Shown: positions 39,314-48,726 of the stretch, piece by piece
How the letters are laid out: every line of letters begins with the position of its first letter
Numbering within the stretch: the stretch's first letter is position 1
Virus record (IMG/VR): IMGVR_UViG_3300034071_000801
Location: 1 to 64,000 of that record
DNA length: 64,000 nt
Origin: a virus
Taxonomy: Duplodnaviria; Caudoviricetes
Strand: one strand, 5' to 3'
Notes under the pieces: generated by a model
What the model was told of the DNA's origin: nothing
What the model saw: only the letters and a program-made list of their open reading frames with translations
Database searches by the model: none
Translations under genes and position numbers: made by a program

Positions 39314-40033
39314 TTAAAAGGGCATATCTACAGGCAACCATTGCACTGTGAACCCATTGTTTTCTTCTAATAATATATCCACTTTACTGAACACTCCTTC
39401 TGTATCCCATTCACTTCCTTTATAAGCTGCAGATGCTGGATGACTAAGCTCAAACACATGTGCAAATATGCCTGTGTATTTCTTATACTTAGCTGCATCT
39501 TTACCTAGGAATATAATAGGAACTCCTAAATGATTAATCACTTCTTCAAACAGATATTTAATAAATGGTTCCCATATCTTTAGGTGACTTCCTGCTTTAT
39601 TAATCTCTGTTGTAAGAGCTGCGTTTAACATAAGAACGCCTTGGTTTGCTAGATAGTGTACTTCTGGATCTGGTACATAGTTTAAGTTTAATCCATCGTA
39701 GAATTCTTTCTCTAGACCTGTATAGAATTGTTCTAATGTAGGTTGTAATTTACCTGTAATAGAACATCCCATAAGTAATCCATCTGCTACAGGAGCATCA
39801 TCTCTAAGTGTATGATATGGACATAGGCCCACCATCACCACTTTTAAATTGTCTAATGGTGTCTCAAAGAAACATCTCCAAACATGCATAGAGAGAGGAG
39901 CAACTCTTTTGCCTCTCTTACTCTCTGATTTTAGATATGCATATATCTTATCACACTCTTCACTCTCAATAAATGGTCTAAGTTTGGAATACCAACTTGG
40001 ATGCATTTGATGTTTAAAATTCTGAAAATTCAT
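39314..40033 (-). CDS. ung: Uracil-DNA glycosylase (family 1-like)
   Basis: KVVMVGLCPYH (variant of GQDPYH), QGVLMLNAALT and SHPAS. Confidence 0.85.
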   Translation of the reverse strand: MNFQNFKHQMHPSWYSKLRPFIESEECDKIYAYLKSESKRGKRVAPLSMHVWRCFFETPLDNLKVVMVGLCPYHTLRDDAPVADGLLMGCSITGKLQPTLEQFYTGLEKEFYDGLNLNYVPDPEVHYLANQGVLMLNAALTTEINKAGSHLKIWEPFIKYLFEEVINHLGVPIIFLGKDAAKYKKYTGIFAHVFELSHPASAAYKGSEWDTEGVFSKVDILLEENNGFTVQWLPVDMPF

Positions 40034-40248
40034 AATGATAATGATATTTTTCTGTGAAAGAATCTTGTAAGAATACCTTCTAAGTTTTCTACACTAATAC
40101 ATTCTACATCGTTTCTTCCAGCCATTAACCACTCAATATTCTCTTTAATCTCTTCTTCGAGCATCTCTAGCTCATTGTCTGAACATCTCATATTATATTT
40201 TTTAGATAAGGTTTGTTTACGTAATTCACATTCATCTTCTCCTATCAT
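40030..40248 (-). CDS. Hypothetical protein
   Basis: 72-aa ORF with overlapping stop/start. Confidence 0.6.
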   Translation of the reverse strand: MIGEDECELRKQTLSKKYNMRCSDNELEMLEEEIKENIEWLMAGRNDVECISVENLEGILTRFFHRKISLSL

Positions 40249-40424
40249 AATCCTTTTTCTTTTTTATAGGTTTTTAATAATTCTTCTAAAGGCAATTCTG
40301 CTTGGGTTATCCATTCTGCAAAACCAATAGCATAATCGTCTGCTATAATTTCTAATGGAACTTCTCTGATTTGTTCTCTTGGATCACTATCTAACCATTG
40401 TTTAAATCTTTCTCTTAATGTCAT
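40245..40424 (-). CDS. Small hypothetical protein (59 aa), not in the ORF track
   Basis: MTLRERFKQW..IADDYAIGFAEW..ELLKTYKKEKGL fills the gap. Confidence 0.6.
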   Translation of the reverse strand: MTLRERFKQWLDSDPREQIREVPLEIIADDYAIGFAEWITQAELPLEELLKTYKKEKGL

Positions 40425-40426
40425 GA

Positions 40427-40825
40427 TTAATAATTTAAAATTCCTGAATCATTTATTGCCTGATAAAGTTCTTCTTTCTGTGTTGGGAACAATGCTGTTA
40501 TTTCTATCATCTCTTTCAAATATTTCTTTCTGGTTGATATATCTAATATATGTTCAGCTTTAAGAGATCTTTCTATTCTATTTGATAGTTCTGTTATCAC
40601 TGTAGCTCCTTTCTTGAAATGCTCTGCTTCATCTTCATGTCTCACAGCAATCAATTTACTTACATAAGCTTCGATGTGTGGAAGAGTTTGTCTTAAAGAT
40701 TGTTTAGCTCTCATTGTAAACAAACCATTCTGGTCCATTGTTTCAAATCTCTCTAGTAGTGTAACAGATAATGCTAAGCTTTCTATCACTACATCACTTA
40801 ATTGTTCTGATGTTAATTTATTCAT
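40427..40825 (-). CDS. Hypothetical protein
   Basis: 132-aa ORF. Confidence 0.65.
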   Translation of the reverse strand: MNKLTSEQLSDVVIESLALSVTLLERFETMDQNGLFTMRAKQSLRQTLPHIEAYVSKLIAVRHEDEAEHFKKGATVITELSNRIERSLKAEHILDISTRKKYLKEMIEITALFPTQKEELYQAINDSGILNY

Positions 40826-41199
40826 TTTCTTTTCTTTTTTTTAGGAGTTAAATGTTTCATTAGATTTCTTTTTTTATAGTCTGGATTATCAACTTCAAAC
40901 TCTTCACCATTACTTCCTGTTTTCATTATTTTCTTGGGTGGTTTCATATTATTCTTTTTTATTTATGTATTGTAAAAACAATTCTATTAAAATAACTCCA
41001 ACTACTCCTCCAACTATTACTCCAATAATAAAATTTATCATATTTTAATATTATTTATTTAAAGTTGTTACATTAACTACGTTTACTTCTTTCTTCTTTC
41101 TAATCTTATCAAATGCTTTCCAATCAACACTGAATGTTCTTCCATATTTATCAGTTAATTGACCATTCTTCATTTGAATATTAGATGGGTTTCTTACTC

Positions 41200-42231
41200 T
41201 CATATAATTTCTCTTTGTGTTAAATATTCTTCTATAACTTTTAATCCATGTATTCTGGCAAGATCAGCCCAATCTTTTATTCCTTCTCCTAGGTAGAGCT
41301 TTGGTACATTACAATACTCAAAATCAAACTTATCAGTTATCAATTGAGAATTCTTTACACCAGTCTCATCACTATCGAAGCTTAAGATTTGTCTATCAGA
41401 ATTATCTTTTAGGTATTCTACATTCTCTTCTGAGAAACATCCCATACCTTCATTCTGTACTGCACAGCAACATGGGTAAATCTTTTTCATCACCATGTAA
41501 TCCTTCTTACTCTTATTGATGAATGCTACATCACAATCTTTGATGTCTTCTAATCCATCCATCATAGTAATAGGCACATTATTTGGCATCCACTTATTCT
41601 TCTTGTCTGCAAATGGTCTATAAATCTTCCAATGTCCTTCATATAGATAACCAAATCTCAATTCTGAATCCAATATAGGAAACTTCTTTTTATTTAGATA
41701 TACAGTGTCTATTGAATACACATTATTAGCTCTAAGATCATCTATGTCTTGATAATACATATTCCAATATGCTAGTTCTTCATGTGTGAACTTTCTTGTC
41801 TTCACTTGAATGAAGAATTCACGTTTAGATGTAGCTGTTGGTTGTGCATAATCAGAAACAATCCTCTCATAATTCCTTGTAGAGGATGCATTAACAATCC
41901 CTAAATCAAAATCTCTATCAAGCATCAATAATGCTTCACGCAATGATATATTGAATAGCATCATTATGAAATCAAAGCATCCACCTTTCTTGCTGGAATC
42001 TCCAAAATCAACATATCTCAATGCTCCTCCTCTATATCCTATAATGAATGATGGATTCTTTTCATTTCTAAAGGGAGAATAAGTAACAACATTAATCTTC
42101 CAGTTCTGATGTGGCATATACATCTTATAGATATCATATTCAGATATCTTTTCCAGTATGCTATCAGGACTTAAGCTTATTCTTTTTCTTCCTTGTATAC
42201 TCATAGCTTTAAAATAAAAAACCTCTATCAT
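41200..42231 (-). CDS. DNA primase (crAss-type); true start probably MSIQGR
   Basis: SPFRNEKNPSF..DFG..GGCFDF, KIYRP, KSKKD, SFDSDETG and KDWAD. Confidence 0.85.
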   Translation of the reverse strand: MIEVFYFKAMSIQGRKRISLSPDSILEKISEYDIYKMYMPHQNWKINVVTYSPFRNEKNPSFIIGYRGGALRYVDFGDSSKKGGCFDFIMMLFNISLREALLMLDRDFDLGIVNASSTRNYERIVSDYAQPTATSKREFFIQVKTRKFTHEELAYWNMYYQDIDDLRANNVYSIDTVYLNKKKFPILDSELRFGYLYEGHWKIYRPFADKKNKWMPNNVPITMMDGLEDIKDCDVAFINKSKKDYMVMKKIYPCCCAVQNEGMGCFSEENVEYLKDNSDRQILSFDSDETGVKNSQLITDKFDFEYCNVPKLYLGEGIKDWADLARIHGLKVIEEYLTQREII

Positions 42232-42248
42232 TTCTGATAGAGGCTTTC
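42215..42248 (-). terminator. Intrinsic terminator
   Basis: Minus strand reads CCTCTATCA-GAAA-TGATAGAGG-TTTTTATTTT. Confidence 0.7.
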
Positions 42249-42265
42249 ATTAACAATCAATTGAA

Positions 42266-43138
42266 TTAATAATCGTCACCATCTTCAGAAATATATGCAT
42301 CAGAAGCAACTAAGTTGTCATCTGCATTATAGTCCTGTAGGTCCTTTAGTGTATAATAGTCTTTACAACCATATTCACCTATAACATTCACTACGAATTT
42401 CTCGTGTGCTTTCAAATCTTTAGGTTTCTTGTTCTTAAGACCCTCTTGTACTCTTCTGTCTCCATAATCAACAAGTCTAAATTGTTTCAATGCATATCCA
42501 CCTAAGAAGGCTTTATTATAGATACCTTGATACTCTTTAGAATCTCCATCTCTTTCTTTAACAATAACAGTAGCAAGAGCAATAATAGATTTAGCCCATT
42601 CTCCACCAATTTGGTCTTTAATGTCTTTTATATTACCTCTCATCAACTTCTTCCATTCTAATTGTAGAACAGTTTCTGCATCACGATAATCAAGATCAGC
42701 TAACCATGTTCTCATGAAGTTGTAAAGATCTTCTTCTCCTGTATACGCCACTCTGAAATCTCTTCCTTTAGTGAACCATTCAGCTAGATCATTTTCATCT
42801 CCTGCCCAAGAACACATACCAATAGAATTGATATATTGTTTCTTAGTTCCATCTTTGTTCTCACGTTCTTTATCTTCTAAGAAAAAGCTAACTTTATAAT
42901 TGTCTGTAGTATTAACTTTCTGTAACCAAAAATCTAAACGAACATAACTGTTCCCATCTTTAGTCTCACCTAAATACTCAGCAGCTTTGCTGTCTTCTTT
43001 AAGCTCAATACCAAGCTTGTCTTTATATTCTTCAATTGTTGGATTGATAGCAATAATGTTTGCTTCGAATAATCCTACTTTCTTTACTGAATCACCACTT
43101 CCTGTGTTCTCTCTTTTCTTTCCTCCGATACTACTCAT
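42266..43138 (-). CDS. Putative single-stranded DNA-binding protein
   Basis: AINPT..RLDFWL..KQYIN..GEEDL; acidic C-terminal tail ending in an aromatic residue; lies between the AAA ATPase and primase. Confidence 0.55.
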   Translation of the reverse strand: MSSIGGKKRENTGSGDSVKKVGLFEANIIAINPTIEEYKDKLGIELKEDSKAAEYLGETKDGNSYVRLDFWLQKVNTTDNYKVSFFLEDKERENKDGTKKQYINSIGMCSWAGDENDLAEWFTKGRDFRVAYTGEEDLYNFMRTWLADLDYRDAETVLQLEWKKLMRGNIKDIKDQIGGEWAKSIIALATVIVKERDGDSKEYQGIYNKAFLGGYALKQFRLVDYGDRRVQEGLKNKKPKDLKAHEKFVVNVIGEYGCKDYYTLKDLQDYNADDNLVASDAYISEDGDDY

Positions 43139-43160
43139 CTTAATTTATTTATTTAGTTAT

Positions 43161-43439
43161 TTATAATTCTTCTTCTTTTGAAAATCTTTCTTCCCATATC
43201 TTTGTAACTTCATATGGATTAGCAATATAATCATTTAATGCTTTCATTCCATCTTTAATTGTTGCAAAAGGAACTGATTTACATCCCACTTTAATTACAC
43301 ATCCTATTGATAAGAATTCAATATTAATTTGATGATATCTAAGAAGTTCTGTTCTAGATGGTCTGTATTCTGATTTTACACAATCATCTTGAACTCTTCT
43401 TCCTGTTCCTAATTCTGGCATTACTGCTTCTTCTTCCAT
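43161..43439 (-). CDS. Hypothetical protein
   Basis: 92-aa ORF with a GCVIKVGCK motif. Confidence 0.65.
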   Translation of the reverse strand: MEEEAVMPELGTGRRVQDDCVKSEYRPSRTELLRYHQINIEFLSIGCVIKVGCKSVPFATIKDGMKALNDYIANPYEVTKIWEERFSKEEEL

Positions 43440-43449
43440 TTTAATTTAA

Positions 43450-44124
43450 TTAAGCGTTATAATAATCTGTTAAACTTTCTGCTACTATTTGCAGGTTATT
43501 TGGTATTTTTAATTCTTGGAACATTCCATCAGGACTTTTAGCTGGATACTTTCTATAACGATTAGTTACAAATTGATAATTAGCTGTTCCATCTTTGTTC
43601 TCTTCTACAAGAGTGTAGAGACATACAGTTAGTAATCCTTCTAATAACACTTGGTTATCAATAAGCTTGCCTGCAGTTTTGATCTTGTATCCTATTACAT
43701 CTTGACCATCCATCACTTCTTCTGGATGTGTAAGATAGAATACAGTGATGTCTTCTCTCAATTGTCTAGCAGTTCTAAATAGATCCACCATGTCTTTAGC
43801 CATAACACTAAATTTGGTAAATCCTACTTCTGTAGCTTTGTTCACCATATTGAATCCCATAATGTAATTAGAGTCTTCAATGATGATGTTCTTAATGTGA
43901 GGAGCTTTCTCTGAAATAGTTCTTAGTAAACGAGAGATCTCATTTGCATCTTCTACTTCCTTGTAATTTTTGTTTTCAGTGTTGTAAAGCTTCTCACTTC
44001 CCTTGAAAGGAAGCTCTTTCTTTGCAACATTGATAATGTACGTTTCTTCTGGATTTAGGTGCTTAATTGCTGTACTCTTTCCAGTACCAGTTGCACCAAC
44101 AATCCCAACTAATTTACTTGCCAT
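43450..44124 (-). CDS. AAA_24/Sak4-like ATPase
   Basis: GATGTGKST, IIIED, KTAGKLID and AKSPDGMF. Confidence 0.8.
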   Translation of the reverse strand: MASKLVGIVGATGTGKSTAIKHLNPEETYIINVAKKELPFKGSEKLYNTENKNYKEVEDANEISRLLRTISEKAPHIKNIIIEDSNYIMGFNMVNKATEVGFTKFSVMAKDMVDLFRTARQLREDITVFYLTHPEEVMDGQDVIGYKIKTAGKLIDNQVLLEGLLTVCLYTLVEENKDGTANYQFVTNRYRKYPAKSPDGMFQELKIPNNLQIVAESLTDYYNA

Positions 44125-44188
44125 TGTTTTAATTTATTTAGTTAATTTATTCTATAAATATACGATATATTCTTAATAAAATCAAGTG

Positions 44189-45262
44189 TTATATGTATTT
44201 TATTTTGGTTTTATCGAAGAATTCTAAAGCTTTCTGTAACCATTTCAATTCTACAGGTTCATTAGAACTCACTATGTATATGTGGGCTTTCTTATCTGGT
44301 GTAGCATACTCCATAGCCATACATCTATTAATCTTTTGAGCTAAATTCTCTGCATTACTATCGAAATAGTTAATAATCACTTTATCTAAAGGCTTATATG
44401 TAACACCTGTATTACCAATCTTTACAACAGCTAGATGATTACCTTCTCCTTCAGCAAAATCTTCGAACACTTGTTTCTCAGTAGATTTACTATGATAGGA
44501 AGGAATACCAAGACTGCTTGCCACTTTTACAGTGCCACAGAATACTAACACTCTCTCATCTTTATGTTTAGCTAATAGCTTTTTCGTAGCATTAGTTTTA
44601 GCTAAAGATGATTGAATAAGTCTCATTCTTGCAAGACGCATGAACATAGTGTCTGATCCACTATTCTGAAGTTTATTGATTACCCAAGATAATCCATCAT
44701 AGTGTTTCTTCTCTGTTTTAAGTTTTCCTTTATAATCATTTTGTACAAGATTGTCAAGGGGCACTTTAATAACATGTATCTCATAATCTACAATAACTCC
44801 TTCTTCAATTGCTTTTTCAATTGGATAGTGAGCTACAACATGTAAATCAAGTTCCTCTTCGAGAGTTCTTTCTGTATCACTGGCTAATGTACCAGTGAGA
44901 CCTAGTATACAAGCATTGTTACTAAATAGATCTTGACATGCTTCTATCTGAGCTTCACTCAATAGATGTATCTCATCTATAATAATAATATCATACTCAT
45001 TGTCTACTAACTTCTTTAATGATAAATGTGTTGTGTATGTGACATTGCTATCATCATATCCAAGATCATCAAAATCAGATTGCCAAGATTCTTTAATCTT
45101 ATTGTCTGGATACGCAATAAGAACAGATTTTGGTCTTAGTTGTTCTAAAACCAAAATACTAGTTCTTATCTTACCAAACCTTGGACATAGATTGAGTATA
45201 CCATGCTTTTCTTTTAACCATACATCAGCAAACTCTTTCTGTCTGAGGTCTCTTATACTCAT
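44189..45262 (-). CDS. Superfamily 2 (DExH) helicase
   Basis: PRFGK, IIDEIH, LGLTGT and QKINR. Confidence 0.8.
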   Translation of the reverse strand: MSIRDLRQKEFADVWLKEKHGILNLCPRFGKIRTSILVLEQLRPKSVLIAYPDNKIKESWQSDFDDLGYDDSNVTYTTHLSLKKLVDNEYDIIIIDEIHLLSEAQIEACQDLFSNNACILGLTGTLASDTERTLEEELDLHVVAHYPIEKAIEEGVIVDYEIHVIKVPLDNLVQNDYKGKLKTEKKHYDGLSWVINKLQNSGSDTMFMRLARMRLIQSSLAKTNATKKLLAKHKDERVLVFCGTVKVASSLGIPSYHSKSTEKQVFEDFAEGEGNHLAVVKIGNTGVTYKPLDKVIINYFDSNAENLAQKINRCMAMEYATPDKKAHIYIVSSNEPVELKWLQKALEFFDKTKIKYI

Positions 45263-45264
45263 AT

Positions 45265-45948
45265 TTATCTACTTAATTTCACTTTGTAATCACCTCTTTT
45301 ACCTTTATTGATAATGTTTTCAAAGGCTATAACAAAGTCAGTTGTATTAGATAAAGCTGGAACAACGATCAATCTTGATCTTAATTTTATCAATTGAGGT
45401 CTTGTTAGCTTATCATACACTGCTGCAATTGCTCTAACAAACTTTTGATCTTTGTTGTAAGATATTGTACTACAGTTTAAAACATATTCTGCCATTCGGT
45501 CTGCATTAGGATTTTGTTTAAGAACTTCTCCTTTTCTAATATCAGAAGTTTTTACACCTGAACCAAATAAAAGAACGATTGAGCAAGAAAGATTTAATTC
45601 ATATTTCTCTTTAAATTTCAAAAGCTTTCTGTAGCAATCAACATTCTGTTGTGCATATGAATTTACGTAATCTTCTAAAGTCCAATTTGACTGTGTAGAA
45701 TTTAAAAGAATCATTTTGTCAATGTAATTTCCTTCTACAATTTCAAACTCTACTGAGATACCAAGTTCTTTAGCTGCTAAGAATCTGTGTTGACCATCAA
45801 TGATCACCCATTCTTTTGTAATTAATACTGGTCTACCTGGAATAAATCCAAATTTAGACATTGAGTCTTTAATTGCTAAGACTGTTTTTGTTTTAATCTC
45901 TCTGTTTTCTTTAGAGAATAGGAATTTTGAATAATTTGTTGTTTTCAT
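45265..45948 (-). CDS. ParB/Srx-like N-terminal domain protein
   Basis: ENREI..PVLI..IIDGQHRFLAAKELG. Confidence 0.75.
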   Translation of the reverse strand: MKTTNYSKFLFSKENREIKTKTVLAIKDSMSKFGFIPGRPVLITKEWVIIDGQHRFLAAKELGISVEFEIVEGNYIDKMILLNSTQSNWTLEDYVNSYAQQNVDCYRKLLKFKEKYELNLSCSIVLLFGSGVKTSDIRKGEVLKQNPNADRMAEYVLNCSTISYNKDQKFVRAIAAVYDKLTRPQLIKLRSRLIVVPALSNTTDFVIAFENIINKGKRGDYKVKLSR

Positions 45949-45977
45949 TTTTAATTGATTTAATTGATTTTAATTGT

Positions 45978-47042
45978 TTATCTAAGAAAGAAACTCTTAT
46001 TTGTAATATTTTGGTAATCTGAGTCTGTGATATCTTTCTTTCTAGGTAACTCCTTGAATAAACCAAGTTCACCTAGGAATGCTAGTCCAATTCTCACATC
46101 ATCTTCACCGTATGAATTCTTGATTAGTCTTACACTTCTGAAATACTTAGCACCAAATTGATCTTTTAATTTATCTAGGTCATATCCAGAAGGATCTGCC
46201 ACTTTATATCTCATAGGATCAAATAAGGCCATAACTACATCAGCATCATTCTGTGTGCTTGAGCTATCTGCAAAATCTTCTAACTGAGGTTCTACATCAC
46301 CATTCTTTATCCTAGATGGATTAGAAATGCTTCTGTTGAACTGACTTACCACTACAGGACTGTAGCCATAGAAATCTCTAGCATATCTGAGTTCATCAGA
46401 CATCTTATCAATAGCATCCTTTTTAGTTGGTTGAGCTGCTGTAGTCTTAAGAAGACCAATGTGATCTACTACAACCATGGTAATTTGTGTTGGGTCATTA
46501 GGAACATATATTTTATTCCATTTGTCCAATTGTTGTATCTCACCATTCTCTTCAGCATAAGTTTTGAGTTCTTTTGCTATACCTACAGGATTCTCTGGAC
46601 CATCTATGATGGTGACTATCTCACTGAGCTGATCTACATAATCTTTATAATAAAGAAACAAATCATGCTCATCTTTAGTCATCTTCTCATTCCAGCCCAA
46701 GATTTTACCTACAGGAATAATTATACCCTGGTCTAGAAATATTTTACGAGATACCCATTTGGCCATCTTATAAGTTCTACTTCTCTCCATGGACCTATAC
46801 CACACCTTCACCTTAATACCTGAAGCAATTCCTTCTTTGGACATAGCCCAATCAACAGGATTAAGAACAAATGCATCATCAATAAAAGATGTCTTACCTG
46901 ATCCTGTGTTACCACCTATCAAATAATACATTCCCTTACGAATACCTACATATCTAGTAAGCCTATCAAAACCCATTGGTATACCTCTATTGAAATCACC
47001 TAGGCCTTTGTTAACTTCTGCATTTAATAATTCAAAACTCAT
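45978..47042 (-). CDS. dnaB: Replicative DnaB-like helicase
   Basis: GNTGSGKT, SME, VVDHIGL, VSQFNR and DADVV. Confidence 0.9.
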   Translation of the reverse strand: MSFELLNAEVNKGLGDFNRGIPMGFDRLTRYVGIRKGMYYLIGGNTGSGKTSFIDDAFVLNPVDWAMSKEGIASGIKVKVWYRSMERSRTYKMAKWVSRKIFLDQGIIIPVGKILGWNEKMTKDEHDLFLYYKDYVDQLSEIVTIIDGPENPVGIAKELKTYAEENGEIQQLDKWNKIYVPNDPTQITMVVVDHIGLLKTTAAQPTKKDAIDKMSDELRYARDFYGYSPVVVSQFNRSISNPSRIKNGDVEPQLEDFADSSSTQNDADVVMALFDPMRYKVADPSGYDLDKLKDQFGAKYFRSVRLIKNSYGEDDVRIGLAFLGELGLFKELPRKKDITDSDYQNITNKSFFLR

Positions 47043-47235
47043 AGTTTTCTATTTGATGTTTAACATCATACCAAAATTTAGCACGTGTTTCTTCAATCAT
47101 CTTATTAACTAAGATTAATGCAAATTTTTTAGCAATTGAAGTACAAAGAATTTCATTACCACATTCAGTATCTTCATTCATTAAAATGATACGATATTCG
47201 TTTACTAAATCTTCTGCTTGTTTTTCTGGTGTCAT
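47032..47235 (-). CDS. Hypothetical protein
   Basis: MTPEKQAEDLV..FWYDVKHQIE. Confidence 0.65.
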   Translation of the reverse strand: MTPEKQAEDLVNEYRIILMNEDTECGNEILCTSIAKKFALILVNKMIEETRAKFWYDVKHQIENYEF

Positions 47236-47423
47236 AATCCTGTATGTTTTAAAAATTGTAATAAAGTAAATCCTTCATATCTTTTTTCTAACATCTTTTC
47301 TAGAGTAGACTTACCAAGAGATTCTATATATCCTTTTGTTAAAGAATTCATAGGCATTTCAAGAGCTTTTTCTCTTTTTGATCTTAATTCAAAATCTTCT
47401 TTTATTAAATCTTTTGATGTCAT
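47232..47423 (-). CDS. Hypothetical protein
   Basis: 63-aa coupled ORF. Confidence 0.55.
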   Translation of the reverse strand: MTSKDLIKEDFELRSKREKALEMPMNSLTKGYIESLGKSTLEKMLEKRYEGFTLLQFLKHTGL

Positions 47424-48049
47424 ATGTCAGTTCCTCCTTGTGGTTTTTGTGGTGCTACATTCACTGCAGCTCCATCATTAATTAATTCAATATAAGCTTC
47501 GAAAGCTCTTTGGTTTAGATAGGTGACACTATTTTGCATGAATGTCATTCTATTACTATTGGTATCAATAGAACTTTCTTTCTTCTGTAAGAGTTCATAA
47601 TTAAGAGCACCTATCAGCTGTGCAGCTGTATATTCTCCTTCTAATAATATCTTATCAAATTTAAGTCTACATTCATCTTTACCCTTCCTAATAGATCTAG
47701 TACCTGTAAACTTCTTATTCTTATACTCAAATGAATCAGTACCTGGATAAGTCTTCCACCATTCTTCAAAGTCTGTTGTAGCAGGCTTTCTTCTTATTAT
47801 CTTTGCAGTGCTCTTAGCATCTACAAATTCTAATAAATCTTTGCCTATTAATGTGAGCTTTTCATCATCTTTTGTTATAAGCCCTTTTCTTACTAAAGAT
47901 TGATAGACAGAATCAATCTTCATACTTCCCTCACATAATGGAGAAATATCATATTGTTCGTCTATCAACTTTAATAAGAATATAACATCTAGATTATAAC
48001 CTCTCTTGATGAGCTCCTCGAATTGTTGAGGTTCTATGTTTATTTTCAT
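47420..48049 (-). CDS. Replication initiator/helicase loader-like protein
   Basis: FEEWWKTYP..K...C..KF..MQNSVTYLNQRAFE; upstream of DnaB. Confidence 0.55.
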   Translation of the reverse strand: MKINIEPQQFEELIKRGYNLDVIFLLKLIDEQYDISPLCEGSMKIDSVYQSLVRKGLITKDDEKLTLIGKDLLEFVDAKSTAKIIRRKPATTDFEEWWKTYPGTDSFEYKNKKFTGTRSIRKGKDECRLKFDKILLEGEYTAAQLIGALNYELLQKKESSIDTNSNRMTFMQNSVTYLNQRAFEAYIELINDGAAVNVAPQKPQGGTDI

Positions 48050-48200
48050 CTTTTGGTTTTATCACTTTAATTATTGCAGGCTTTCTACTCTTGGCTTTAT
48101 GTTCTGCTTCCCATTTATGCCATGAATCAACTATATCTCTTTCTCTTTCAAAAGCATATATGTGATCATTGGGATACTCATAATCCTCAAACCAATTCAT
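47994..48200 (-). CDS. Hypothetical protein
   Basis: 68-aa ORF. Confidence 0.5.
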   Translation of the reverse strand: MNWFEDYEYPNDHIYAFERERDIVDSWHKWEAEHKAKSRKPAIIKVIKPKDENKHRTSTIRGAHQERL

Positions 48201-48463
48201 TATTCAACAGTTTTTCTTGGTCTTCCAACAGGTCTTTTAGCAACAGGTGTTGCAGATTCTGCAAGAGTTGATTTCTTCTTCTTGTTGTAATACTTCTTCT
48301 TCTTCTTAGGTTTCTCCACTTCAGTAACAACAAATGTCACTTTTCTAGGTTGAAATAAAGGCGTATCCTCTTCTTCTTTAATTTCTGGTGCATTCTTGTA
48401 TGCAAAATACAATGATAATATTGCTATAACAGCAATTGCTCCAATGATAATAGATAATTCCAT
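48200..48463 (-). CDS. Membrane-anchored basic protein with an AT-hook-like RPVGRPRK
   Basis: N-terminal TM helix and Lys tract. Confidence 0.6.
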   Translation of the reverse strand: MELSIIIGAIAVIAILSLYFAYKNAPEIKEEEDTPLFQPRKVTFVVTEVEKPKKKKKYYNKKKKSTLAESATPVAKRPVGRPRKTVE

Positions 48464-48468
48464 AATTG

Positions 48469-48726
48469 TTAAGATTTAATTCGCAATCCAAACTGAAGTG
48501 TGAACCACCCAAATGTTTGTTCTGCTTTTGATTTGTTAAATTTAAAGATTTTTTTCATTAAAGGAATAGCATATGCTTTGAATTCCTCATGCTCAGCTGG
48601 AGTCATTGTCCAGTTAAAGAACCACATATCATCAGATAGTGTATCCTCTAGGGTCTTACCAACCATATTTAGTTGGTATTCAACTAAATGTTTAGAGATG
48701 TTCTCACGATTGATTTTAGCTTTCAT
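48469..48726 (-). CDS. Hypothetical protein
   Basis: 85-aa coupled ORF. Confidence 0.65.
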   Translation of the reverse strand: MKAKINRENISKHLVEYQLNMVGKTLEDTLSDDMWFFNWTMTPAEHEEFKAYAIPLMKKIFKFNKSKAEQTFGWFTLQFGLRIKS

